The notes beneath the pieces were generated by a model. The model searched no databases, was not told where the DNA came from, and saw only the letters and a list, made by a program, of their open reading frames with translations. Made by a program: the position numbers and the translations under genes. A stretch of 59,858 nucleotides of DNA. Source: Hydrolagus affinis (taxonomy: Eukaryota). Shown here piece after piece: positions 12,265 through 24,400 of this stretch (position 1 is the first letter of the stretch; every line of letters starts with the position of its first letter). The stretch spans positions 1 to 59,858 of the forward strand of contig JAAILG010001935.1 of the NCBI GenBank assembly GCA_012026655.1. The letters are read 5' to 3'.

Positions 12265-12549
12265 GTGGGTTCAAGCTCCACGTCAGAACTTTTGAACTCA
12301 CATAGTTCGGCTGACACTGCAATGCAGTGCTGGGGGTGCCGTCCTTCGGATGAGACATTAAACCAAGTCCCTTCTGCCTGGTGGAGTTAAACAACCCACA
12401 ACAGCATTTAAAAGAGAAGGCAATTTCTCCTGAAGTCTTATCCAGATAAAATTAGTTTGGGATCATTGTTGTGTGCAAATTGCCTGTTATGTCAGTGCCT
12501 TACACAAAATATAGTCACGACAATGTACAAATGCAAGGATTATTATTAT
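12213..12549 (+). mobile_element. DeuSINE/SacSINE1-like SINE with internal deletions
   Basis: ctcagttggtagcactcttgcctctgagtcagaaggttgtgggttcaag; ggctgacactgcaatgcagtgctg...gccgtccttcggatgagacattaaacc; tail caaatgcaaggattattattat. Confidence 0.85.
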
Positions 12550-13099
12550 CTTTTATGCATATTAGGTATTGAGCAAGGACAGGATCAAGCTCAGCTTCTC
12601 TCTTGTTTGTTTTTATAAAATTTTATTTCACTCCAAATGAAGAAGACCTATGGGAACAGGCAAGTGTACACTAAAGTAAACAGCCTCTAGTTAAATTAAA
12701 TTACAATTGTACACAGATGCTTCTATTCCAGCAGGTGCTTTAGATATTAGCTGGTAAGACAATTCTGTGTTATAGACCTTTTTGGCTCAGGATTGGTCTG
12801 TAAAACAGAAATGCTAGCGAAACAGTTTCCCACAATATGTATTTAAATATTATCATTCTGAAAATTATTGATAATTCTTATCAATGCAATTATACCATGT
12901 TAATAGAGGTAATGATTCATTTTTCAAGGAATACTCTTTCAAGAGTATTGGAAAAGAAACAAAAAGTAATAGAGAAACATTTATGTAGTGTTTTAACAGA
13001 TGTATGTTGAAGGTAAAGCTACAGTAATAATAGCTTCTGTCAGAATTCAAAGGTATAAAGCAATTTTTGTTCTGAAGCATCATTCAGTTTATCCCATGA

Positions 13100-13210
13100 T
13101 TTGTCCACAAAATATGCAATCAATTCATTTTACAATATGCTCTGTGAAGCGCTTTGAGGCATCTCAACTAATCATAAAGCACTATTCTAAATGCAAGGAT
13201 TATTATTATA
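13100..13210 (+). mobile_element. SINE 3' fragment
   Basis: ctgtgaagcgctttgaggcatct...aagcactattctaaatgcaaggattattatta. Confidence 0.75.
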
Positions 13211-14532
13211 TAAAAAAGATATTGTATGCTTCTTTGTACAATGCTTTACCATTTAATGAAATCATTTGACAACGTGACTAACAGTCGCAAAATCCTCTGA
13301 AAGCTAGTGAAAATTCCGATTATACCACCAGTACTCAAAGTGTGGGGCAAATGTGCATTAGAGACACATAAAACATGTCAAAGAAGGAAGGGGATAGCCG
13401 ATGGATGTGTGTATTAGAAATGGCCCCTAGATACTGTTCATGCTCAGATAGGTAAGGCCGTTTTGTAGAACGCTAAGGACAGGATGCAAACATAATCCAG
13501 GTCATTGAATTTGTAAGACGAGTGACATTTAGGGTGAGAAATGTTTCCTTTCATTAAGCAAAGTGACTTTGATGATGTACTTCATAATGAGATTAGTGGC
13601 AAGAAGAAGTTCACCAAAGATGAACATTCCTCATGCTCACTCAATGTAACACTTATAAAAAAGATTCTGGTGGTTCCTTATTTGAAGAATTAACAATTGA
13701 ACAAAAGGTATTGACGTGGACTCCAGGCCTGCTGTATAAAAGTACAGAATTCTACACCAGCTCATTTGTGCACAGGTTTTCTGCTGTAGCGATAGCCAAT
13801 TTTACATTGAATGAGCATGAAATGCAGCAGGTTAAAGAGCATGTTTTTTTTTACGTCAAGTGATTTTCTTGTGGAATGGAATTTTACATAAGGTGATTCT
13901 TTAATCCAATTACATAATCAAGGGCATCTGTAATTCCCCCTGTACACATCACATACAGCTAACTACGCATGGGTTATAAGACTCGAATAATTCAGCAAAA
14001 ATATGTTTTACAGATCGTTCATGGCTTTCATGAGTTCCAACAGACCCCATTATGTTGAGAGACATTGGATAATTCTCCACCAAACCTAACAAGACAATAT
14101 TTTAATGGACCTAAATTGGTCATTGAGTTTTCCAATTCCATTTCCTTTCATAACTATAATCTTTAGAATATAACTTATACCATATGCTATTAACATGAGC
14201 AGGAGATATTGAAGATGATTTTCCAGTGGACAAAGCATCTATGAAGGTGAATTCACCATGTTGGTGAAACGTACAAGGGTTGTTTTGATCTGACTGAGCA
14301 GTTTGGAACTTGCTGCAGTGCATGTTAGCTAATTATTACCTTTGTTTAAGGCGAATATTTGCCTAGACACCAATTTATTCCCCATACATTCCAACAGCGT
14401 TTGCTTCAGCGGAGCAATTAGATAAGGTGAAAGTTTTGCAAGCCATAAAATCTGGTGCATAAATTTCTTCTAATATAAGGCAAATTCCTATTTTAAACCA
14501 TATTTTTATAAAATATATTGGTATTAAAAAAG

Positions 14533-14610
14533 TAATAACAATCCTTGCTTTTCATATAGTGCCTTTCAAGGCAGGAGGAGGCTGAAGCGCTTCAGAGGAT
14601 GTACTATAAA
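14533..14610 (-). mobile_element. SINE/L2 tail fragment
   Basis: taataacaatccttgc...atatagtgcctttca...aagcgcttca. Confidence 0.6.
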
Positions 14611-15079
14611 GAGTAGTGAATTAAATTAGCGCCATATGTCCGTTTCCTATGGAGATGTTACAAATTTTACAATGGAAGAGCCAGAGGAGTGCTGTTGTTT
14701 TGTAACGTTGTTCTCTGACTCTCCATTTATTGCCTTTGCTTGATCTATGGTCAGCTATAAATGTAAAGGTCTTTAAAAAAGACAATGAATATAATTATAT
14801 AGCTTGTTTTACAGATAAGATGACTTCAGTTATTTTTAAACCAGGGATTTAAAATTCGAAAGAATGTTTGTAACCATTTGAATGAACCATGGGGAATCAT
14901 TTAATTTTGTAAACGACTATTCATCTGCGTTTTGCAGCATATCACAATCTGACAGAACTATATTCAGCTTGCTTCAATTTGCTGTGCATGAGGAACCTCA
15001 GAACATGGGATTTCAGTTGTCAGACTTTGCTGCTAAGTGTATGCAGCCATACTTCAACATTCGCATCTCTGGTTCAATT

Positions 15080-15400
15080 CACAAGATCACACGGTGAAGG
15101 TGCCCTTCAGCCCATTTGATTTCACTCTTTCAGTCCCTTGGAATCTCCTGCCGACATGATATACAAAATAATTTTTTTGTCGTTGTTGAATATTGAATAT
15201 CCACCCAACTGATCACTGCATCTTCCCATTACAGCATCAAACATATTAAAATAAGTTCAGGGTCCTGACCTATGACCTTCCCCCAACCCCACCACCCTAA
15301 CCTATTCCAGTTATTAATTACCCCCTGGGTCAATAAAAGCTTCCTGGTATCTGTCGTGAAATTGCTTTTTGTAACTCCAAACCTAAGTTTGCTTTTTCTG
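15080..15400 (-). mobile_element. Decayed CR1 3' relic
   Basis: gaaggtgcccttcagcccattt near the start and aaaagcttcctggtatctgtcgtgaaattg resemble a reverse-strand CR1 3' end. Confidence 0.35.
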
Positions 15401-16276
15401 CTGACTTGTGTATCTGGACGTATCCAGTATATTGGTTGAGAATTCTATCAATGTACCACCAGAACAGCTATCCATTCTGACAGTAGAATTCAGTCCTCGA
15501 TCAGAAAAGCAAGATACTGTACTAGATTCTTTCTCTTTTGTTATTTAGCCAATCAAGTTTTTCTCACCAAGCGACTTTGCCACCATCTGTCTCTCCTTCT
15601 CTGATTCAACCTTTCCTCCACACTGAAGACATAATTGCAGATGTTAATTATGACTGTGGCTACTGTGAAATTTACAATGCTTTGGAATATTTGGTGTCTG
15701 CAAATATTTTTGCATGATGTATTTTGAAAATCGTCCATAGGGCATCAGGGAATTGTTTTACACTGAGATCAGCCATTGCTCTAGGATTACTGTGTACTGT
15801 CAAAGCAATTGCTGTGGAAAATAAAGACAAGTGGAGTGTAGGCATCTTTAGTGACTTCAGTGACTGGATGACAGAATCTACTGTGATTCAACTGGGAAAC
15901 TTTTCTATTTCTCACCCATTTCCAGGCAAACTCAAGTGCAGTACAAGGAAGGTCACAATTTAGGGATCAAATTCTCACTAAAATGCTTCTTACCTCATAC
16001 CTATTCATATTTTCCACTGCATTGCATTGCAGATGACTAAGAAGACCTGGTGTGCTGTCAATGCCAACAGGAAGCTGAAGATGATGCAGAAGATCAGATG
16101 TTCAGGGAATGTCATACAAGAAGAGTACATCATTGAAATAGAAAAAGCGGAACCATAAAACATAAACTGAAGTTCTTCTGCTTTATTAACCATTCACTAT
16201 TAAAGATTAAAGGTACAACTGGTTATTTGAATTGATGTTACACTGAATAATTCTTAGGTTCCATGCTTTTAATTTC

Positions 16277-16808
16277 AATCTCGGCTGGACTACTCCAATG
16301 CCATCCTCACCAGTCTTCCCTGTGCCACCATTCACGAAATCCAGCACATTCAAAATTCCCCCGCTGCATTCTCACCCAAACCAAACTTTGCTCCCCGATT
16401 ACCCCAGTCCTCAGAGCGGATCGATTTCAAGATCCACACTCTTGTGTCCAAATCCTTCCTCTCCTCTGCATCCCCCTACCTCTCTAACCTCCACTATCCT
16501 CACAACAGTACCTGTTACCTTCGCTCTACTGGGTCTGGCCTCCTCCTTGTCCCCCAAATCCTCCGTTCCACCTTCGGCAGCCGTGTCTTCAGCCACTATG
16601 CCCTGAAACTCTGGAACTCCCTCCCTTACTCCCTTTGCCTCGTCTCCACCTTTCCCATTTTCAGGTCGCGCTTGAAGACTTTTCTGTTCGACCGCGCTTT
16701 TGGTCACCTTTCTCTCCCTCCCCCTGGCTTGGCCCAGGCTCTACTTTGTGAAGTGCTCTGAGATGCCGTCTGGCGTGTAGGGTGCTATATAAATCCAAGC
16801 TTTTGTTA
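16277..16808 (+). mobile_element. L2 LINE 3' fragment
   Basis: SRLDYSNAIL; RIDFKI; LRSTG...TFGSRVFSHYALKLWNSLP...FRSRLKTFLFDRAF (L2 ORF2 C-terminus); tail gtgctatataaatccaag. Confidence 0.92.
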
Positions 16809-19800
16809 GTCAATTTTAGAATTGAATCAGATTCTCAAAAGCACCTCCAAAAGGTGTATATGCCAGAGATTACAGCATAACAGAACCTGCTCCTGCAATA
16901 AAAATACATGAAGCAGAGAAGTTAACCTAAATTCTTATTGATCACGAGCACCTCTTATTGCCACAGCTACAACACTCAGTTGCTGTTGATTTTCCCCCCA
17001 CTGCACTGAGCCACTGTCGGTGCTATTAACCCAATTCTATATAGATTTTCGATACACATTTGAAATGCCTGGAACTGCATCAGAAGGTTAGAGAATGTAA
17101 AACCTTGAAGTATTGGTGTGTTACAATACCTTTTAAAAAATGTGCCATGTGCATCTTTGGAAACAGGATTGCATTGATTTCCCAGAGCAGAATTAAAAAC
17201 TCAGAGAACATGTAGAGTGGAGTTCAAAGGCATCAAAGGGTGACTCACTTGTTTGATTACTCAAGAGGGCAAAAGTTTTCATCAAATACCCTCTGGTTAT
17301 AAGCCCAATGAAAGCGAGGAAATAGTTTTCTTACACTTGCTGCTGTTATTTATCGCATCTACTTCAGGAATCTAGTCCAAGGGTAAAAGATCATTTAAAT
17401 GCATAACAAAGATTAAAGATAAGTGGTAATAGATGTTCCTATTACATGGTTGCATCTCTTGTTTTTGTACAACACACTTAAAACAACCAGCTTTCTTAAG
17501 AAAAATCCACCTTGATATATTTAATTCCTTCTGAGTGTATGAATGATGTTACATTTTATAATCAGACCAAATATATTCATTACAGGGTAGGTGATGAATT
17601 AATGTTGCAGCTTATAAATGTGCCTCATTAAAAGCTGTTGCAAGATAATGATGTTTTGAATTGAAATTGTGAGAAAAATAATAAATGAATAACTGAACTA
17701 TTGTGTAAGCATAAGTGAAATCTCTGAATTAGTCCTTTGGGGGTATAATGAGCACATTCTTCTACAAATGAAGCTAGAAGTGTGTATTTTTTAAATGCTA
17801 ATTGATTTTCCCATCTAAATAGCTAATATAACTAATCTCATGGGAAAAGACTATTTAAGTCACGCCAAAAAGGTGTCAATTTAGACTTCACACGTCAAAG
17901 ACCACACCATCCAACTGCATGATTTTCTGAATCATCTCATTGCATCAAACTTTTATTAAAACGCTCCCAATACCAACCTTTCGTTCATTCCCAACTAATA
18001 GTCTGACTTCTTCTAAATCATTTGTACACTTCAATAAAACTTATACGGATTATAGTACTGTATTTTGTTGTTCACGGTTGCTTTGTAATACAAAGTCCAT
18101 TGTATATTAACAGAACTACCATTCAAAGAGTATTCTTTTATTTGCTAACCTCCTTAATAGAATTACCTTTTTGGAGGGAAAGTTGCAAATTCATGTCAGC
18201 TAAATATATTTGAATATGTGCTATCACCTGACAAGAAGGAAATGGAGAGAAAGGAAGTGAAAGAGTTGAAGGTGAGTTGATAATTACAGTATAAAGGAAA
18301 ATCAGTTGTTCTTTTTGATTCAGATTCACATGAAGGAAATCTGAACCATTCTGTACCAAAGGATTTTCTACTATGATGCCATATAAAATACATAGCTATC
18401 AGCAACTGGTTTAGTTTTCTCTGAGTGTTTTTTGTAGCACCTTGGCTTGTTTGAAATATTTAGTGAAGATGGAAATACTAAATATTCAGAGCACACAATT
18501 TTCCAGATTAGTTTTCTGAAGCGAGCACAGAGTTGATTTAACCTGAATATTTATAGAAATTCTATTAATTCTTGATTTGTAGCTTGTACCTGAGGTTTTC
18601 AATTTTTCTAAAATTGTGTTTGCATCCGAGTGAAACTTGTGGCTAATATACAGGATCGTACAATCAACCTCAATGAATGTGTTGAGATATTATGCCTGCC
18701 CAGGGTTAAGGCGACCTTAGCTTATTACACACACTGATGGGCATTTCATCCACAAAAATGCACAGAAGACAATAAGTAGGACATTGTGTTATGTTCTCTA
18801 ATTTACTAAATTTTTCAGTGTTTGCTCATTAATACCTTTAATTACACTTTAATTAAAAATAAAACATAATGAGAAATATGAAGCTAAATTAGATCTTTAA
18901 ATGTTTATAATTGCAAGCTACCAAGTGAGCATGTTGCAGCTAACATTAGGTACAGATATTAGCAACACTGAAAATGTAAAATTCCCTTAACAAATATATA
19001 TACTGTATATCCTATCAATGTTGTAAGATACCATTCATAGCTGACAATCTTAGTCATTTAATTGACTAATTTAATTGACAAATCTTAGTCATTTGTCAGC
19101 TGTGAGATTTTATGAGCATAAAGAGTGAGTGAGATGAGATTGCAATTGGCACTAAAATAACCAGTACTGAAATGCTAGCCTGGGGCAAATCACTGAATGT
19201 AAAGGCAGAGTTTTATTATTCCAATGATCATTTGGGGCTGTAATTAGTCTTACATTATATATCATAAAATCTTACTCTTGGCAGAAAGGAAGCTCAAATT
19301 GAATGCAATTTTAAATTGTTCAATAGCAATTTCTTAATTCTGCGATTTCATAATTGGTTCAACTCTCTGAAGTCAAGATTCAAATCGGAAGCAAAGCAAG
19401 ATATTTGAGTTAAATTAGGTTAAATAGATCTCAATAGCTTCTCAAACTCAATCTGAAACTAAAGTCATGAACTTCCAAAGTCTACTTGAGTCCAGGATGG
19501 ATCACGTAGAAAATAGTTTTGAAATGACTTTCTACCCAGCTTTTGTAAACCATTTTCCATCCAAAGATCTGGGTTCTTATTATGAAGTTTTTGTCCATGA
19601 TGCTCTGTGAGTGGCCGATAAGAGTGCAAGTACCACAAGGTGACTGTATTTTCCTCCTTCTCTCAGGGGGACTTTTCACCTTCATTGGAACCTACCTTGA
19701 AACTTCAGGTGAGATTAACAACTCACTGTGTAGAAAGCCCGGGGAGAGAAGCGGATGCATTTGAGTCCATGTTGTTCTGTTCCATGGGACAGTATGTTAT

Positions 19801-20382
19801 TGCAGCAAAGGCCTGCAGCAGCTTCTTGTCATCCTAAAGCAATGCATAACATGCGCACATTGGCAGGGATGCTTGCTATGATAGCGTATTGCTTTAGTGA
19901 AAGTGGAAGAATCTGAATAAGACTGTGGCAGTCCTGGGGAATCAACAAGTCCCATCATCAATCTTATGGTCTTCACATACTGTTTTGTACATTTGGATTC
20001 ATGGGTAGGACCAGAATTGTGTGACAATGTGCCCTTTAAATCACAGAAGGTAACTCAGGTAGTGTTACATGATAGGTGACCACTGAATCAAATATTGGTG
20101 GAAGAATCGTGTCCAATTAACAAACTATGTGGATTATGCCCAGCCATTTTGACCTTATTGTAGGCACATTGATAACACATGGCAGAGAAAGGCTGTCTAA
20201 CTTGTTGCAGGTAGAGTTTAAAGATCCTCTGGTCCTATTTGGAAGAAGAATATAAAGTTCTCTCAGGATTCTGCTCAATAAACCTCCCTTATCCAAATTC
20301 AATAATGAACTCAATCTTTGTTTGTTCATGGTTCTCCTGTTTCTGGGATGTTGGCAACACAGATTAGATAATAAATATTCCT

Positions 20383-20515
20383 AATAATAATCCTCACATT
20401 TGATACAGCACTTTATCACATTATCAAAACATCTCCTGCTTTACGGGATTTATTGTGAAGTACAGTAACTGTTTTTCTAGGCTAATGTGGCAGCCAATTT
20501 GTGTAATAATGTCCC
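20383..20515 (-). mobile_element. SINE 3' fragment
   Basis: aataataatcctcacatttgatacagcacttt...gtggcagccaatttgtg. Confidence 0.65.
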
Positions 20516-21435
20516 ATACATAAAGCCACGTTTGTCTATGCAGCAACAGTAGTACAAATGAAAACAATTCATTGTGTGAAAATTCTTAGGCGTGATTAGG
20601 AGTTATATCAAATGCAAACGTTATTTTATCGTAACTGGGGTCATTAGGGTTCTCAATGAATTTTAATCATTGAAAAAATACAGCCCAGAACTTTGGCCAT
20701 TATCCCCAGAATATATAGCAGCAGATCTCAGGCTACAGCAAATACCAACAAATATTGAGGATGCAGAGTATACTAAATTTTCAAAGGAAGTTTCCAGTGA
20801 TGCCAGGGACAGAATCTGATTAGTTCCAGTGACAGATAATTTGTAATTCGATAGCACACAAAATGTCATTTGCTTCCATGCTTCATCTTTCAATCTGATT
20901 TGCCAAATAACATTTGTTAGGAAATAAAATCATGGGCTGAAATGAAAGCAGCTTTATATCCTAAATTATTTAGCAAAACATAAGATTAAGATTGACCTAT
21001 AATATTTTTATGTGTATCCCAGTAATACATTTGAGTTTTTAAGGAGGTAATGAAATTCGGTTAATATTCAATTTATCTTTGAAAAAAGCATCGTCAATTG
21101 GTCCTTGTAATTAGCACAAGCATGGTATCTAACTTTAAGAAAACGTATTTAGCTGTATTTAAGACTGTGATCATAATGGACCTTAATTGTTGACCACAAA
21201 GCACAAGGACCCAGCTCTTGGGGATTATTTGTATGAGGGTAATTTCAAAGTGATCAAATACAAGATTCTATTCACCCCTTCGGAAAATTTCTAATTCAAC
21301 CTTAATTTGATGCTTTGCAAGTACTGTAGTTTGGAAAACCTGCCTTCTAAATGAACACGTGAATTTAGTGATTTGTGAGATTCTCTGAGAAAGCGATGTT
21401 TGGAATGTTTTCTGAAGTGACTTCGTTTATCTCTT

Positions 21436-21472
21436 AGTTAATCTTTCAGGTCGTTGACCTTTCATCAGAACT
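21436..21472 (-). ncRNA. Minimal type I hammerhead ribozyme motif (Penelope-like element relic), degenerate helix III
   Basis: Minus strand reads AGUU CUGAUGA A AGGUC-AAC-GACCU GAAA GAUU AACU: both core boxes, a 5-bp helix II and a 4-bp helix I are present. Confidence 0.55.
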
Positions 21473-24400
21473 GGTGATCTCTCCTCATCTGCTCAGGATA
21501 GTTTTCCAACCGCTATCAACTTATGCCATCCAGATTTGCATCATTGGCATAAACTACCGCTGTTACCATGGTTTTCAGTTTGAGTCCACACATCATTAGA
21601 AGGCAGGAAGAGAAGGTGTGACAGTCATTTTCCTCAGGTTATTTATAATTTCTTAGTGCGTACATTACATATGTCTGTAGCACTTTGAAATCGGTAAAGA
21701 GAATCCAGTGCTCAAAGAGTTTGAATGCCTTTTTTTTAAAGGCTCATTTATCTCAGTTCTCTGCCTTATGCTTCCTCTGTCTGTGTGAAAATGCATTTCC
21801 TGTATTTGTGTGTTTGTATTTCAGGAATAATTATAAGTCTGCCCAAATCATTCTCATCTAATTTGTGTTTCTTCAGAAGCAGCAAATATCTGCTGTATTG
21901 ACTGGATGTGGGACAGCTGGCAGTTATAATAAATTGATCCTTTTATCATTGGTACAAAAAGTAGCAAGCGAGGTGAAATCAGGGTCAGGGCTGAAATCGT
22001 ATCTGGTGAAAGTTTGCCCAACAGAGCAGTAATTTATCCACTCATTACTAGACTGGGCAGTTTTACACATATTTTTATCTTTGGTGACATCTGCTGGTAG
22101 CTGACAGTGAATGAAAATGAACCACAAGCCGCAATATCAATAAACCTGAAGCAGAAGAATTAAATTCCTTTCAAGGTATAGTGTTTTGTGGAGTAAATAC
22201 ACAGTGGCATCACAGTGCAACTTCTTGTTAATTTATGGACTGAAAAGCTAAATTGTATCTTAGAAACTTAAAAGTTAAGGTATGCAACAATGATGCTGAA
22301 TGGAATCATATGGAAAAAGTATGAAACACTTTTCATATTGTTATCAATATTAAGACCTTCATGTTTGCTTAGCGAGTTCAATTTATTGAAATAGTTTTAA
22401 CAAGGTTTCTAATCATATGGAAGCTCCATGTACTAGTTACACATATTTAAAGGGGAAGTCTTCAGGTAAGTACAGTATTTGGCCATGGGAATGCTCTTCG
22501 AAGCCCTCATAAGGGAGTGCCCTTTGAAGAAATACTTTCAAGTAGCACTCGGATTTGCACTGCCGAGTTCATCAATCAGATTTCCCACTGCATCAGTCTA
22601 TTGTTGGAAATGATATTGCTTTGCTTCCAGCACTATAAATGAGGCAAAGCAGTGGAGAGTTGAGGGTATTGCATATGTGTAGTTTCCAGCACTATAACAT
22701 ATTACTGTACTAGATGGAACAGATGTTCTATAACATTGGATCGTAAAGTTAGTATTTAATTGAATCAGTTAAGGTGCACATTTTGGTTTGGTTTCTTTTT
22801 AATGTGGAAGCCCACTTCAGGTGATATCTATCTAATGGGGTAAGAAATGCTGGCACAGTGATCATATCCAATCATACCATTTTATAATACAATAATTCAA
22901 GTGTGATTTCCGTGTGCAAAAGGTTGACACGATAAAGTATTCTTAACCACATTATAAATGCTGCCCTGCAAACAGAACTTTGTCTACGCAAGTGTGAAGG
23001 CAAGGATCATTAAGTGCAAGTGAGTGCTTTTTCCACTCCTACAATTTACTGCCTGTAAAAGAATTAGATGGTACGTGAGGGATTGCAATCCAGCTGTTGT
23101 AAAGCACTGATATCTCATTGTAGAAGAGGAAAAGTAAAGAGAACTTTACTCTGGCCGGTACATTACCCATTCCAGCAAATATGCCACATTGAGCTGTTAC
23201 CTCGGCGGATCAGAGACACATTTTCTCAGGAAGTTCAGATTAACACCAGAAATAGCTACCAAGTTGGGCAAACTGTTAGGGTTTCGGGGAATGGGGGAAT
23301 ACCAAGGGACAAAATCCAACACTTGCCTAATATTGTAACAATAAAAACTGTGCTTACTTTCTCTGCTTCTGAAATCTTTCAGGTTCCCATAGGAGACAAC
23401 CTTAGTATGTGCCAGGTGTATAGGTTACAAATAATATCTATAAGGTGGTCTAGAAAGGCATCCTGTTACATCATGTTGGACAACTGCAGGCAGCAGTGAC
23501 ACTTATATAAATAAATACCTGCAAAGGGCAAAGTGTATTCATGTGGTTATTAAGGTGACTACAAGAAGTCCACTATGATTTTATTAACAGGAAGGCAGTT
23601 TCATGGAATGAATTTTCAAATTAGATGTGACCATCGTGGATGACTTTATGAAAGGAAAGGTAGTGCTGGGCAGCTGTGAGGGCTTTTGTCGTGGAAGGGG
23701 TTGAATGTTTTTATGCCTCAAAGGGTTTTCTTCAGTACTGCAGCCTGTGACAGGCATTGTGGATGCTGGAATAATAGAGCAGTGTATTCACACACTTGGG
23801 ACAGGTCATGCTATAGAAATATCACTAGGAAGAGGGGGCAGAAAAGGGTGTAGAGAAGTGGTAGTCTCCTATTCCTGCATATCATATGCTGCTATCTAGT
23901 CATTCTGCTTAAGATGGGCTCCAAACAGCGAACAGTTCTTGAGTCACTGATATCATCACAAAGTTAGAGGATGAGTGAGGATAGAAGTTCAATCTGGGTT
24001 GAGCCTTACATTTTTTTCTTAGCGTGCAAATTTTGGACAATTCGCTCTCAAATTTGAAGCTATTTTTCTTACAGGTTCCTTTAAAAGTAGTTTCAAAATT
24101 AAGGATAAATGTACAAATTGGTCAATATAGGCCAGTAAAATAATCTAATTTTGAAATGAGGGCTTTGAGTATAAATCCATACCTTGCCATAGTTTTAACA
24201 TCAACCTGTTATTCCAGCTATTGTCTGGCTTGCATATAGAGCATCAAGTGACTGGGTGTGCTCAGTGCTGAGAGAGGAAAAACAATCAACATTGCCATCT
24301 ACCCCAGCTCACATACACTGCGTTTCCTGTCAAGGGATACACAACAGCACTGATTGTGCCTGTGACAAACTCTATGATGTAGACTGACTTACCCAATTGA

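Noticed and set aside
16298-16761. Overlapping 98-105-aa ORFs
   Set aside because: All lie within an L2 fragment
23068-23499. 143-aa ORF
   Set aside because: No recognisable domain or supporting gene structure; compatible with chance
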